57,111 nucleotides of DNA, taken from Kiritimatiellia bacterium (lineage in GTDB: Bacteria > Verrucomicrobiota > Kiritimatiellia > RFP12 > UBA1067). The position numbers and the translations under genes were made by a program. This document shows, one piece after another, positions 33,745 through 46,300 of this stretch. The stretch covers positions 1 to 57,111 of the forward strand of contig JAGCFB010000070.1 in assembly GCA_017650345.1 (NCBI GenBank), in the 5' to 3' direction. The number at the start of each line of letters is the position of its first letter. The first letter of the stretch is position 1. The notes beneath the pieces were generated by a model. The model saw only the letters and a list, made by a program, of their open reading frames with translations. It was not told the DNA's origin and searched no databases.

Positions 33745-36700
33745 ATGATGAACTTCAGGAAACTGGTTGCGGCAAGCGCGGCGATGGCACTGGTGGCCGT
33801 CGGCCACAACGTTATCGCCCAAGACGATCTCGACGACCTTCTTGCGGCACTTGAATCGGACTCGTCAGGCGGCGCGTCCGCAGAGGCGGCCACCCCCGCA
33901 GAGCCGGCCGAGACTCCCGAAGTCGCGGCACGGGACGAGGAGCCTGCACCTGCGGCGGAAGCGGAGGAGCCGGCCGCGGCCGAAGCCGACGAGCCGGAGC
34001 CGTCCGAAGAGCCAGCCGACGAGCCGGAGGAGGAGCCTGCAGCCGAGGAGCCTGCGGCGGAAGCCGAGGAGGAGCCTGCGGCCGAGGAGCCAGCCGACGA
34101 GCCGGAGGAGCCCGCTCCCGCTGAAGAGGGACCTGCCGTCGCCGCCGTGCCGGCCGCTCCCGCAGCGGCGGAAGCGGAACCCGAGGCGGGGTCCGAGGCT
34201 GAGGAGCCTGCCGTCGAGGTTGCCGCCGAGCTTTCCGGAGACGACGCCGAGCTGCTCGCGAACGTCGCCGCCGCACAGCGTCTCGGCCGCCAGGCCTACG
34301 ACCTCCAGGCCAAGCGCGAGATCCAGATTGCGCGCAGCTGCATGCGCTCCGAGGAATATCTTGAGGCCGCCAAGCACTACCGCCTCGCGCAGAAGTACCT
34401 GAACGACAGCCCCGCGACCGCCACGCTGCGCAGGGAGTGCGGGCAGGGCATCGCCGAGGGACTGTACCGCGCCGCCCTGCAGGAGGACGGCATCGGCCGC
34501 CGCGACCGCGCGATCAAGCTCATGAAGAAGGCCATGGAGTTCCGCCACCCCAAGGCCCGCCGCCAGCTTGAGCAGTGGAAGGACGGAGTCGATCCCAGCT
34601 CGCTCCAGGCCGACGTCTCCGAGGTCCGCGGACGCATCTCCGAGCCCGAGTACGCCGCCAAGCGCGCCGAGATCCTCAAGCACCTGCGCAGGTCGCGCCA
34701 GCTTCTCGGAACGAAGGAGCTCGACGCCGCCCTCGACGAGTGCGAGATCGTCCTCGTCCTCGATCCGACCAACCAGGAGGCGATCCGCCTCCGCGGCAAG
34801 ATCGAGCGCAAGATGTACACGATCGGCGAGCAGGAGCGCGAGGCCGCCCGCGAAGGCATGATCGCCGACGTCAACAGGGCCTGGCGCCCGGCGTACGCGG
34901 TCAACGCCCGCGACAGCGTGAAGAAGACCGGCGGCACGGTCAAGACGGAGACGGCCGACGACACCGAGCGCACCCAGGAGCAGAACGTCATCGCCCGCAT
35001 GAAGGCGATGAAGCTCCCGCAGGTCACCTTCAAGCCGCCGGCGACGATCTCCGACGCGGTTGACTTCTTCCAGACCGCCTCCATCGACTACGACGACCCG
35101 AGGCTCCCCCGCGAGGAGCGCGGCTTCGGCTTCATCATCCGCAACAACGACAATGCGCCCGTTCCCATGTCCGCCGCGTCCTCCGAGGTCGAGGAGGGAT
35201 TCGGCGTCGGCGGCGACGAGGACATGCCGATGCCCACGGGCCCCGGCGTCTTCACGACGATGCTCTCGCTCCCCAACCCGACGTTCTACGAGGCCCTCAC
35301 CGAGGTCTGCTCGCAGGTCGGCTACAAGTTCAAGGTCAAGGGCCGCAACATCTACATCATGCCCAAGAACATGACGGCGGAGGAGATGACGACCCGCAGC
35401 TACCCGGTCCTCTCCACGTTCATGGAGCGCATGAACACCGCTTCGGCCGAGCTTAAGGAAGCCAATCCCGGAAGCGGATTCGGCGGCGGCGGACGCCGCA
35501 ACGACGACAACACGGGAGAGGGGAACGAGGAGGAGGACCTCAAGGACTACTTCCGCATGATGGGCCTCGAGTTCCCCACCGGATCCAGGATCATGTACCT
35601 GCCATCCCTCGGCAAGCTGCGCGTCAGGAACACGTACGAGAACCTCGCCGAGTTCGAGAAGGCCCTCGTCGAGCTCAACGCCGACCCCAGACTCATCGAG
35701 ATCGAGGCCCGCTTCGTCGAAGTCTGCCAGGAGGACCTGAACTCCCTCGGCTTCGAGTGGATCCTCAACAGCGACTACACGCTCAACCTTCCTAAGCACC
35801 TCGCGCGCGCCCTCAACGTGAAGAACGGCGCATGGGGCAAGAGCGACAGCACCGTGACGTACACGGACGGCACGAGCTACTCGACCGTCGGCGGCGGCAT
35901 CTCCACGGCAGGCGGCACGACCGTCAAGAACACAGCGTCCGAGATGACCTCCTCCAGCTCCAGGACATTCTACGCGAACTCCAACGGAGCCAGCTGGATC
36001 AAGGACAAGGGCAGCCAGGTCAACAGCCACCGCAACGCCGGCATCAACGGCTTCGGCGGCGATTCCGAGTACGGCACCGGCCAGCGCTACCTCTCCACGC
36101 TCTCCAACCACATCTCCGGCGAGAGCAAGTCCACCAACGACCAGTTCATGCGCGTGAACGCCTTCCTCGGCGGCGCGGACCTCTCGATGATCCTGCACAT
36201 GCTCTCGCAGCGCAGCGACACGGACCTCCTCTCCGCCCCGAAGGTGCTGACCAAGACCGGCCAGCCCGCCACGATGAAGGTCGTCACCGAGTTCATCTAC
36301 CCGGAGTCCTACAACGTCCAGCTGCAGTCCTCCAGCTCCTCCAGCTCGAGCTACGGCGGCAGCCAGAGCGCGATTCTCGCGGTCGTCGAGCCCGAGTCCT
36401 TCAAGATGAGGGAAGTCGGCGTCATCCTCGAGACGACGCCCACGCTCACGGACGACGGCAACATCATCGACATCGTCATCGACGCCCGCGTGGTTGACGA
36501 GCCGACGTGGAAGAACTACGGCATGAAGATTCCGTTCACCGGCAACTCTTCGTCCCTCCAGAACTTCCAGGGCATCGGTGACATTCTCGGCGGCCTGTCG
36601 GACGTCCTCGCCACGATCGGCACCGGACTTACCGACGCCGTGAAGCAGACGTTCGCGGAATCCACCGTCAACGCCGCGACGAGCGCCCTCGACAGCCTCA

Positions 36701-37053
36701 CGACGAAGTCCAACGAGACGATGACGTACTACGACGCCCCGATGGAGCAGCCGTTCTTCCACGTCCGCCAGATCCAGTCCAACCTCTCGCTCGCGCCCGG
36801 TGCGACGATCGTGATGGGCGGACTCATCACCGAGGCCCGCAAGGCCATGGACGACAAGATTCCGTTCCTCGGCGACCTGCCGTTCATCGGAAGGCTCTTC
36901 CGCAGCCACTCCGAGCAGACGAAGAAGCGCAACCTGCTCATCTTCCTCACCGCCCGTCTCGTCACGATCAGCGGCAAGGAGGTCGTGGTTGACTCCACGG
37001 GCGAGCTGAAGGCCGAGAATCCGGTCATACCTTCGCCGTCCGTCGGCGATTGA
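33745..37053 (+). CDS. Outer-membrane secretin (type II/III secretion system / PilQ family) with a long acidic N-terminal repeat region
   Basis: Signal peptide MMNFRKLVAASAAMALVAVGHNVIA. The C-terminal secretin signature reads ...VVMGGLITEARKAMDDKIPFLGDLPFIGRLFRSHSEQTKKRNLLIFLTARLV. An E/P/A-rich region lies at about 33886-34215. Confidence 0.85.
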   Translation: MMNFRKLVAASAAMALVAVGHNVIAQDDLDDLLAALESDSSGGASAEAATPAEPAETPEVAARDEEPAPAAEAEEPAAAEADEPEPSEEPADEPEEEPAAEEPAAEAEEEPAAEEPADEPEEPAPAEEGPAVAAVPAAPAAAEAEPEAGSEAEEPAVEVAAELSGDDAELLANVAAAQRLGRQAYDLQAKREIQIARSCMRSEEYLEAAKHYRLAQKYLNDSPATATLRRECGQGIAEGLYRAALQEDGIGRRDRAIKLMKKAMEFRHPKARRQLEQWKDGVDPSSLQADVSEVRGRISEPEYAAKRAEILKHLRRSRQLLGTKELDAALDECEIVLVLDPTNQEAIRLRGKIERKMYTIGEQEREAAREGMIADVNRAWRPAYAVNARDSVKKTGGTVKTETADDTERTQEQNVIARMKAMKLPQVTFKPPATISDAVDFFQTASIDYDDPRLPREERGFGFIIRNNDNAPVPMSAASSEVEEGFGVGGDEDMPMPTGPGVFTTMLSLPNPTFYEALTEVCSQVGYKFKVKGRNIYIMPKNMTAEEMTTRSYPVLSTFMERMNTASAELKEANPGSGFGGGGRRNDDNTGEGNEEEDLKDYFRMMGLEFPTGSRIMYLPSLGKLRVRNTYENLAEFEKALVELNADPRLIEIEARFVEVCQEDLNSLGFEWILNSDYTLNLPKHLARALNVKNGAWGKSDSTVTYTDGTSYSTVGGGISTAGGTTVKNTASEMTSSSSRTFYANSNGASWIKDKGSQVNSHRNAGINGFGGDSEYGTGQRYLSTLSNHISGESKSTNDQFMRVNAFLGGADLSMILHMLSQRSDTDLLSAPKVLTKTGQPATMKVVTEFIYPESYNVQLQSSSSSSSSYGGSQSAILAVVEPESFKMREVGVILETTPTLTDDGNIIDIVIDARVVDEPTWKNYGMKIPFTGNSSSLQNFQGIGDILGGLSDVLATIGTGLTDAVKQTFAESTVNAATSALDSLTTKSNETMTYYDAPMEQPFFHVRQIQSNLSLAPGATIVMGGLITEARKAMDDKIPFLGDLPFIGRLFRSHSEQTKKRNLLIFLTARLVTISGKEVVVDSTGELKAENPVIPSPSVGD
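33886..34215 (+). repeat. Degenerate tandem repeats encoding an acidic (E-E-P-A)n low-complexity region of the secretin
   Basis: Recurrent GAGCCAGCCGACGAGCCGGAGGAGGAGCC units (for example near 34008 and 34087) encode EEPADEPEEEPAAEEPAAEAEEEPAAEEPADEPEEP. Confidence 0.7.
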
Positions 37054-37061
37054 GGCGACAG

Positions 37062-37631
37062 ATGAAAATCTGCCTGACGGGAGGGATTGCCTGCGGCAAA
37101 TCCCTCCTTTCAAGTTTTCTGAACGGACTCGGCGTCGAAACACTCGACGCCGACGACGTCGTCCATGAGCTGGTCCCCGAGGACGAGCGCAGGCGCCTCG
37201 CGAAGGTCGTCTTCCGCGACCCCGCCGCGCGCAAGGCGCTCGAAGCGCGGCTCCATCCGCTCGTCCGCAAGCGCTTCGCCGATTGGCTCGAACGGCGGGA
37301 TTCCAAGGGAGCGGACGCCGCGCCATCCGCCGGGCCGGAAGTTCCTCCGCTGCGCGTTGCCGTGATTCCTCTCCTCTTTGAGGTGCATTGGGAGCGGGAT
37401 TATGATATAATACTATGCATCACATCATCGCGCGAGAGGCAGATCGAGCGCATGGTGGAGACAAGGGGCTACACCCTTGAAGAGGCGGAGGCCAGGCTCG
37501 CGGCGCAGATGGATGTGTCGGAGAAGGCCGCCAGGTCACATTACGTTATCCGTAACGACGGATCAAGCGAGCAACTCAAGGAAGGCGCCACGCGACTTGT
37601 CGCGTGGCTAAAGGAACAGGTGACGAGATGA
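37062..37631 (+). CDS. coaE: Dephospho-CoA kinase
   Basis: [14 protein letters not shown] (P-loop) and [10 protein letters not shown]. The product is 189 aa, typical for CoaE. The TTG start at 37050 in the track is less likely than ATG 37062. Confidence 0.85.
   Translation: MKICLTGGIACGKSLLSSFLNGLGVETLDADDVVHELVPEDERRRLAKVVFRDPAARKALEARLHPLVRKRFADWLERRDSKGADAAPSAGPEVPPLRVAVIPLLFEVHWERDYDIILCITSSRERQIERMVETRGYTLEEAEARLAAQMDVSEKAARSHYVIRNDGSSEQLKEGATRLVAWLKEQVTR
37403..37411 (+). promoter_or_regulatory. Extended -10 (TGATATAAT) embedded in coaE, candidate rho promoter
   Basis: This is the only AT-rich island inside coaE (37398-37425). It is read as the rare codons TAT GAT ATA ATA CTA ... TCA and lies about 215 nt upstream of the rho ATG. 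Confidence 0.4.
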
Positions 37632-39202
37632 GCGAAACACTCGACGTATTTGCGCAGAGCATCAAGGACGCGCCTCAGCGTCCGCAGGGCGCGCCCGCAC
37701 AGGGCCAGGGCGGCGGACAGCAGTCGCCGCAGCAGGGCGCGCCGAAGCCGCAGAAGAAGCAGTTCCACGGCGGACGCAAGCCGTTCAATCGCGGCGGGAA
37801 GCAGAACGCGTCCCCGATCCGCGGCGCGAACGGTACGGAGTCCGTCAACCCGCTCCTCAACGCCCCGCTTCCCACCGAGCAGGCGGGCGGACACGACGAG
37901 GCTCCCGCCAACCCGAACCGCGACGCGTCCCTTCCCGAGTACCGGCTTGCGGACATCCAGACCTGGCCTGCGCCGCAGATCGTGGAGCGCATGATGCCCG
38001 GTGCGGACCCGGAGGAGCTGGGCTCCTACCGCAAGCACGAGCTGATTTTCGCGGCGATCCGCGCGTACCTCGCGAAGGGCGGCGCCGTGCTGGCGTCCGG
38101 CTGCCTCGAGATCATGCGCGAGGGCCACGGCTTCCTCCGCTCCGCCAAGAACAACTTCCTTGCGTTCCCCGAGGACGTTTTCGTCACGCAGCAGCAGATC
38201 CGCCGCCACGCGCTCCGCACGGGCGACATCATCGAGGGCCCCATCCGCGATCCGCGCGACCGCGACCGCTTCTTCTGCCTCGGCAACGTCAACACGGTCA
38301 ACGGCAAGGAGCCGTCCGTCGCCGCCCGCGTCGTCCACTTCGAGAACCTCACGGCGACCTTCCCGACGCGTCGCATCGTCCTTGAGACTTCCGCTACGGA
38401 ATACTCGACGCGCGTCATCGACATGTTCACGCCGATCGGGTTCGGACAGCGCGGACTCATCATCGCGCCGCCTCGCGTCGGCAAGACGGTCCTTCTCCAG
38501 AAGATGGCCAACGCCATCACGACGAACCACCCGGACGCGATGCTCATCATCCTGCTCATCGACGAGCGTCCCGAGGAGGTGACGGACATGCAGCGCAACA
38601 CGAAGGCGATGGTCCTCTCCTCGACGTTCGACGAGGAGCCGCAGCACCACGTCAACGTCGCCGAGATGGTGATCGAGATGTCCAAGCGCCAGGTCGAGAA
38701 CGGACGCGACGTCGTCATCCTCCTCGACTCGATAACGCGCATGGCCCGCGCGTACAACACCGTCCAGCCGCATTCCGGCAAGATCCTCACCGGCGGCGTC
38801 GATGCGCTCGCCATGCACCGTCCGAAGCGCTTCTTCGGCGCGGCGCGCAACATCGAGGGCGGCGGCTCGCTCACGATCATCGCGACAGGCCTCGTCGATA
38901 CAGGCTCGCGCATGGACGAGGTGATCTTCGAGGAGTTCAAGGGCACCGGCAACATGGAGATCGTCCTCGACCGCGGACTCGCCGACAAGCGCATCTTCCC
39001 GGCGATCGACATCGAGAAGTCCGGCACGCGCAAGGAGGACCTCCTCCTCGAGCCGCTCGAGCTGGAGAAGACGTGGGGACTCAGGCGCATCCTCGCGCCG
39101 GCCGGACCCGAGTCCGCCATGAAATCCGTCCTCACCTCCCTCAAGAAGACCAAGTCGAACCCCGAGTTCCTTCTCGCGCTCGATCTGGAAAAGCTGGGGT
39201 GA
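37628..39202 (+). CDS. rho: Transcription termination factor Rho with a ~105-aa Q/G/P-rich N-terminal extension
   Basis: [21 protein letters not shown] (Walker A), [16 protein letters not shown], and [36 protein letters not shown]. The start is ATGA-coupled to the coaE stop (37628-37631). An alternative upstream start lies at 37604. Confidence 0.92.
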   Translation: MSETLDVFAQSIKDAPQRPQGAPAQGQGGGQQSPQQGAPKPQKKQFHGGRKPFNRGGKQNASPIRGANGTESVNPLLNAPLPTEQAGGHDEAPANPNRDASLPEYRLADIQTWPAPQIVERMMPGADPEELGSYRKHELIFAAIRAYLAKGGAVLASGCLEIMREGHGFLRSAKNNFLAFPEDVFVTQQQIRRHALRTGDIIEGPIRDPRDRDRFFCLGNVNTVNGKEPSVAARVVHFENLTATFPTRRIVLETSATEYSTRVIDMFTPIGFGQRGLIIAPPRVGKTVLLQKMANAITTNHPDAMLIILLIDERPEEVTDMQRNTKAMVLSSTFDEEPQHHVNVAEMVIEMSKRQVENGRDVVILLDSITRMARAYNTVQPHSGKILTGGVDALAMHRPKRFFGAARNIEGGGSLTIIATGLVDTGSRMDEVIFEEFKGTGNMEIVLDRGLADKRIFPAIDIEKSGTRKEDLLLEPLELEKTWGLRRILAPAGPESAMKSVLTSLKKTKSNPEFLLALDLEKLG

Positions 39203-39206
39203 CGCC

Positions 39207-42200
39207 ATGAATACAGGTTCCCGCATTCGCCTTCTCGCAGCATCCGCGCTTCTGTCGCTGGCAATGCCGGTGGCGAACGCGGCGACCATAGTTTACGCCA
39301 ACTGGGGCGCCTTCACCAACAACGCGACGTACGCTGCGGCCACGGTGTCGCCCCAGACTGCCACGCTCACCACAGACGACACCGTCTTCACGGCGACGCC
39401 GCCGACGGGCATGGGGATCGACGCATGGTACGTGGTCTCCCACGCGCCGTCGGCGCCGGACATCGCGGAAGGAACCAACTCGATGGCGGCGTCGTCATTC
39501 TCGACGACGTTCGCCCCGTCCTACACCCTGACGCTCAACACCAAGATGCTGGTCGTCTCCAGCGGCGGAAACTACTGGCTCATTCCGGCGTACTCCTGGT
39601 ACGGCTACACCCTCGCGTACAACGCGAACGGCGCGTCGGGCTCGGCGCCCGCGTCCGCGTCCCACAAGTACCCCGACGCGTTCACCCTTGCGTCCGCGAG
39701 CGGACTCACCCTCGCGGGCCACAGCTTCGGCGGATGGTACAGGAACGCCGCCTGCACGGGGACCCGCTACACCGCCGGGCAGTCCGTCTCCGGCTCGACG
39801 TTCTCCGCGACGGAGAACGGAACCGTGACGCTCTACGCGAAGTGGACCGCGATATCCTCGACCGTGACGCTCGACGCGCAAAGCGGAAGCGGCGGAACGT
39901 CGTCCGTCACCGCGACGTACGGATCGGCGATGCCGTCCATAACCAAGCCGACGCGCACTGGCTACACGTTCGGCGGATACTGGACGGAGGCGAACGGCAA
40001 GGGGACGCAGTACTACTACGCTTCGGGCGCGAGCGCGCGGACCTGGGACAAGACCTCCGCCACGACGCTCTACGCGAAGTGGACCGCAAAAACCTCTACC
40101 GTGACGCTCGACGCGCAAGGCGGAAGCGGCGGAACCTCGTCCGTCACCGCCACTTACGATTCCGCGCTCCCGACTGTGGTCAAGCCGACGCGCACGGGCT
40201 ACACGTTCGGCGGCTACTGGACGGAGCCCGGCGCCAAGGGAACGAAGTACTACTACTCGACAGGCAAGAGCGCGCGGACCTGGGACAAGACGTCCGCAAC
40301 GACGCTCTATGCCCAGTGGACTGCGAAGACTTACGAATTTACCGTCGATCCGAACGGCGGCGTTTACAACAGCTCGTCCGATCCGACGGTCAAGGATCCT
40401 GATTTGATGTACGGAACCTCGCGGTGGTGGTCGGTCTCCCCGGCCACGCGCACGGGCTATTCCTTCACCGGATGGTACTCCTCGGCGAGCGGCGGATCGC
40501 AGGTGTGGGACGCGAGCGGCAAAGCCGTGAAGGGGACGTACTGGAGCGACACGCACGACAACGGCGGACTCTGGCAGTACGACGCGGCGGACGGCACATT
40601 CACGACGTACGCGCACTGGACTGCGAAGCAGTACACAGTCACGTTCGACCTTCAGGGCGGAAGCGGCGGATCGTCGTCGGTGACGGCAACCTACGATTCG
40701 GCGCTGCCGTCGATCGGCAGGCCGACGCGCACGGGCTACACGTTCGGCGGATACTACACCGAGCCGGACGGCGGCGGCGTGCAGTACTACAACTCCAGCG
40801 GCAACGGCGCGCGCACCTGGGACGTCGCCTCGGCGACCACGCTCTACGCCAAATGGAATCCCAAGGTGTACACGTTCTACGTCGATCCCAACGGCGGAAC
40901 CTACTCCGGCTCGACCGAGCCCACCCAGAAGTCGCCGAACCTGATGTACGGAAGCTCACGGTGGTGGTCGGTCTCCCCCGCAACGCGCACGGGCTACTCG
41001 TTCACCGGATGGTACTCCTCGTCGAGCGGCGGGTCGCAGGTGTGGGACGCGAGCGGAAACGCCGTGAAGGGCGGCTACTGGAGCGACACGCACGACAACG
41101 GCGGAGTCTGGATTCACGACGCCTCCAGCGGCTCGTTCACGACTTACGCGCAGTGGACGCCGGCGACGTACGGCCTGATGTTCGACGCGCAGGGAGGAAG
41201 CGGCGGAACCTCGTCCGTCACGGCCACCTACGGATCGAACCTCCCGTCCGTCACCGTGCCGACGCGCACGGGCCATACGTTCGCTGGCTACTGGTCCGCG
41301 CCGGACGGCGGCGGCACGCAGTACTACAACGCGTACGGAAACGGCGTCAAGAAGTGGGACGTCGCGTCCGCCGCGACGCTGTACGCGAAGTGGACGCAGA
41401 ACACCTACACCGTTACGTTCAGGTACAAGAAGGGCAACGGCGCGAACGCGTCCAGCCAGGTCGAGACGCCCGGAACCGAGGCGGCGGTCGCGCCGGACGA
41501 ATCGGAGGTCAACACGTACCTCGCCCACTGGTTCGTCGAATGGGATGCGGACTTCTCGTGCGTCGTGAGCAACATGACGGTGAACGCGATCTACACGCAG
41601 AGCTACTTCAGGATCGGCTACGCGCCTGGCGTCGGCGCGAGCGGCGAGATGGAGGAGCAGACGATCCACGGCGGAGTCCCGACGGCGCTGACGGCGAACG
41701 CGTTCGTCCGCAGCGGCTACTCGTTCACGGAGTGGCTGTCGCAGATCGACGGGACGCCGCGCACGTTCGCGGACGAGGAGGTCGTCCAGGACCTCGTCGG
41801 CGGAACGAACGTCCTTCTCACCTTCACCGCACAGTGGTCTCCGATATCGTACACAGTCGCGTACGAGCCGGAGGGCGGCGACGGACTCATGCCGCCGACG
41901 GCGCACCAGTACGACGTCCCGTTCCAGGTCGCGGCGAACGCCTACGACCGCACGGGCTACACGTTCGCGTCGTGGACGAACGCGGCGGGCCAGGTTTACC
42001 TCGGCGGCGAGACAGTCTCCAACCTGACGGCGACGGCCGGGGGCGTAGTTTCGTTCTGGGCGGTGTGGACCGCGAACGAATACAGCGTGCACTACGACCC
42101 CAACGGCGCGCAGATCGACGCGATGCACAACATGGGCGACACGTCGGCGACGTACGACGTCCCGTTCGACCTGCCTGAGAACCTGTTCGTCCGCAACGGC

Positions 42201-43300
42201 TACACATTCAGCTCGTGGAACACGGCGTCCGACGGCACCGGCGCCGGCTTCGCCGACCGCGCGACCGTCTCCAACCTCGCGACGAACCAGGGCGAGGTCG
42301 CCACGCTCTATGCGCAGTGGTCTGCGAACGGCTATAAGATCGCGTTCGACGGCAACGGCGGCGGCGGGTCCATAACCAACACCGTCATGGATTGCGTTTA
42401 CGACGAGACCTGCACCTTGCCGCAGAGCGACCTCGTCAAGGACGGATGCGTGTTCAGCGGATGGGGATACGGCGCGAACGGGTTCCTTGCGGACGGCGCG
42501 ACGTTCAGCAACCTCACGAACGAGGCGGGCGTCGTCGTCACGCTCCGCGCGGTCTGGGAGACGATCGGCGGCGACATAAAGGAGGCGCTCGACGTCCCCG
42601 CCGCGCAGCGCGAATCGATGATACTGTGGAAGTCCGGCGGCGAATGGACGGTCAGGGAATACGACCAGGCGACGGACGAGGTGTCGCCGCAGAAGGGGAC
42701 CTCGTACATGATGGCGTCCTCGGCGGACGGCGTCAGCGACCTTTCCATGGTCGTCACGAACGCCGGCACGCTGTCCTTCTGGTGGACGACGACGGACAAG
42801 CGCAGTCCGCGTCCGCTCCAGTTCGAATTCCTGTACTGCTACCTGGACAACGACTCGCCGCTCGCCACGACCTACGGCGACGACGGCGAATGGCACCGCG
42901 TCGAGCTGGACCTGACGGACCTCGAAGGCGAGCACACTATAGTCTGGAGGCTCAACACCGGCAGCGACAACTACACGGACCAGGTCGCGTACCTCGACCA
43001 CCTGACGTGGACGCCCGTCGGCTCCGAGCCCGAGGCCGAGGAGCCTACCGAGGCGGACAGGCCGATCATTGCGACGGCGGAAATGGAGTCCGGCGACTTC
43101 GCGATCTCCCTTGAGGCGACCGGCGCATTCCGCTACGTCCTCCAGGCGAGCGACACGATCGATCCGCCCGACTGGTCCGGCGTCGATTCCTTCGACGCGT
43201 CCGCCGCCGGCGAGACGGTATCGTTCGACGGACTCTTCGACCCCGACAGGCCGCGGCGCTTCTTCAGGGTGCTTGTCGAGGCGCTGGACGGGACGGGCAA

Positions 43301-43304
<4 letters not shown>
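39207..43304 (+). CDS. Secreted surface protein (1,365 aa) built from Listeria-Bacteroides (InlB B-type / Flg_new) repeats
   Basis: Signal peptide [25 protein letters not shown]. There are more than 12 units of the pattern P(T/V)R(T/N)GY(T/S)F.GW(Y/W)......G..Y......V......TLYA.W. The C-terminal domain ends ...[19 protein letters not shown]. Confidence 0.85.
39834..41400 (+). repeat. Near-identical tandem DNA repeats (237-nt A units, ~300-nt B units) inside the L-B-repeat gene
   Basis: 39834-40070 and 40071-40307 are the same length and very similar. About 40380-40600 and 40920-41140 are also highly similar (GATGTACGGAA.CTC.CGGTGGTGGTCGGTCTCCCC...). Confidence 0.8.
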
Positions 43305-46174
<2,870 letters not shown>

Positions 46175-46185
46175 AAAAGAGAATT

Positions 46186-46194
46186 TGGTATAAT
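46186..46194 (+). promoter_or_regulatory. Extended -10 promoter TGGTATAAT for tRNA-Leu (and probably the downstream hydrolase gene)
   Basis: TGGTATAAT lies at 46186-46194. The mature tRNA 5' end is at 46206, 12 nt downstream. Confidence 0.6.
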
Positions 46195-46205
46195 TGTTGA
46201 CCTTG

Positions 46206-46294
46206 GCCGGAGTGGTGAAATGGCAGACACAGCGGACTTAAAATCCGCAGCGCGGTAATCGCGTGTAGGGGTTCGAGTCCCCTCTCCGGCACCA
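46206..46294 (+). tRNA. tRNA-Leu (anticodon UAA), class II with long variable arm, CCA encoded
   Basis: Acceptor stem GCCGGAG/CTCCGGC with 7 of 7 positions paired. Anticodon stem GCGGA/TCCGC with loop CTTAAAA (anticodon TAA). Long variable arm GCGCGGTAATCGCGTG. T-arm AGGGG-TTCGAGT-CCCCT. Discriminator A followed by CCA. Confidence 0.9.
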
Positions 46295-46300
46295 ACGAGA

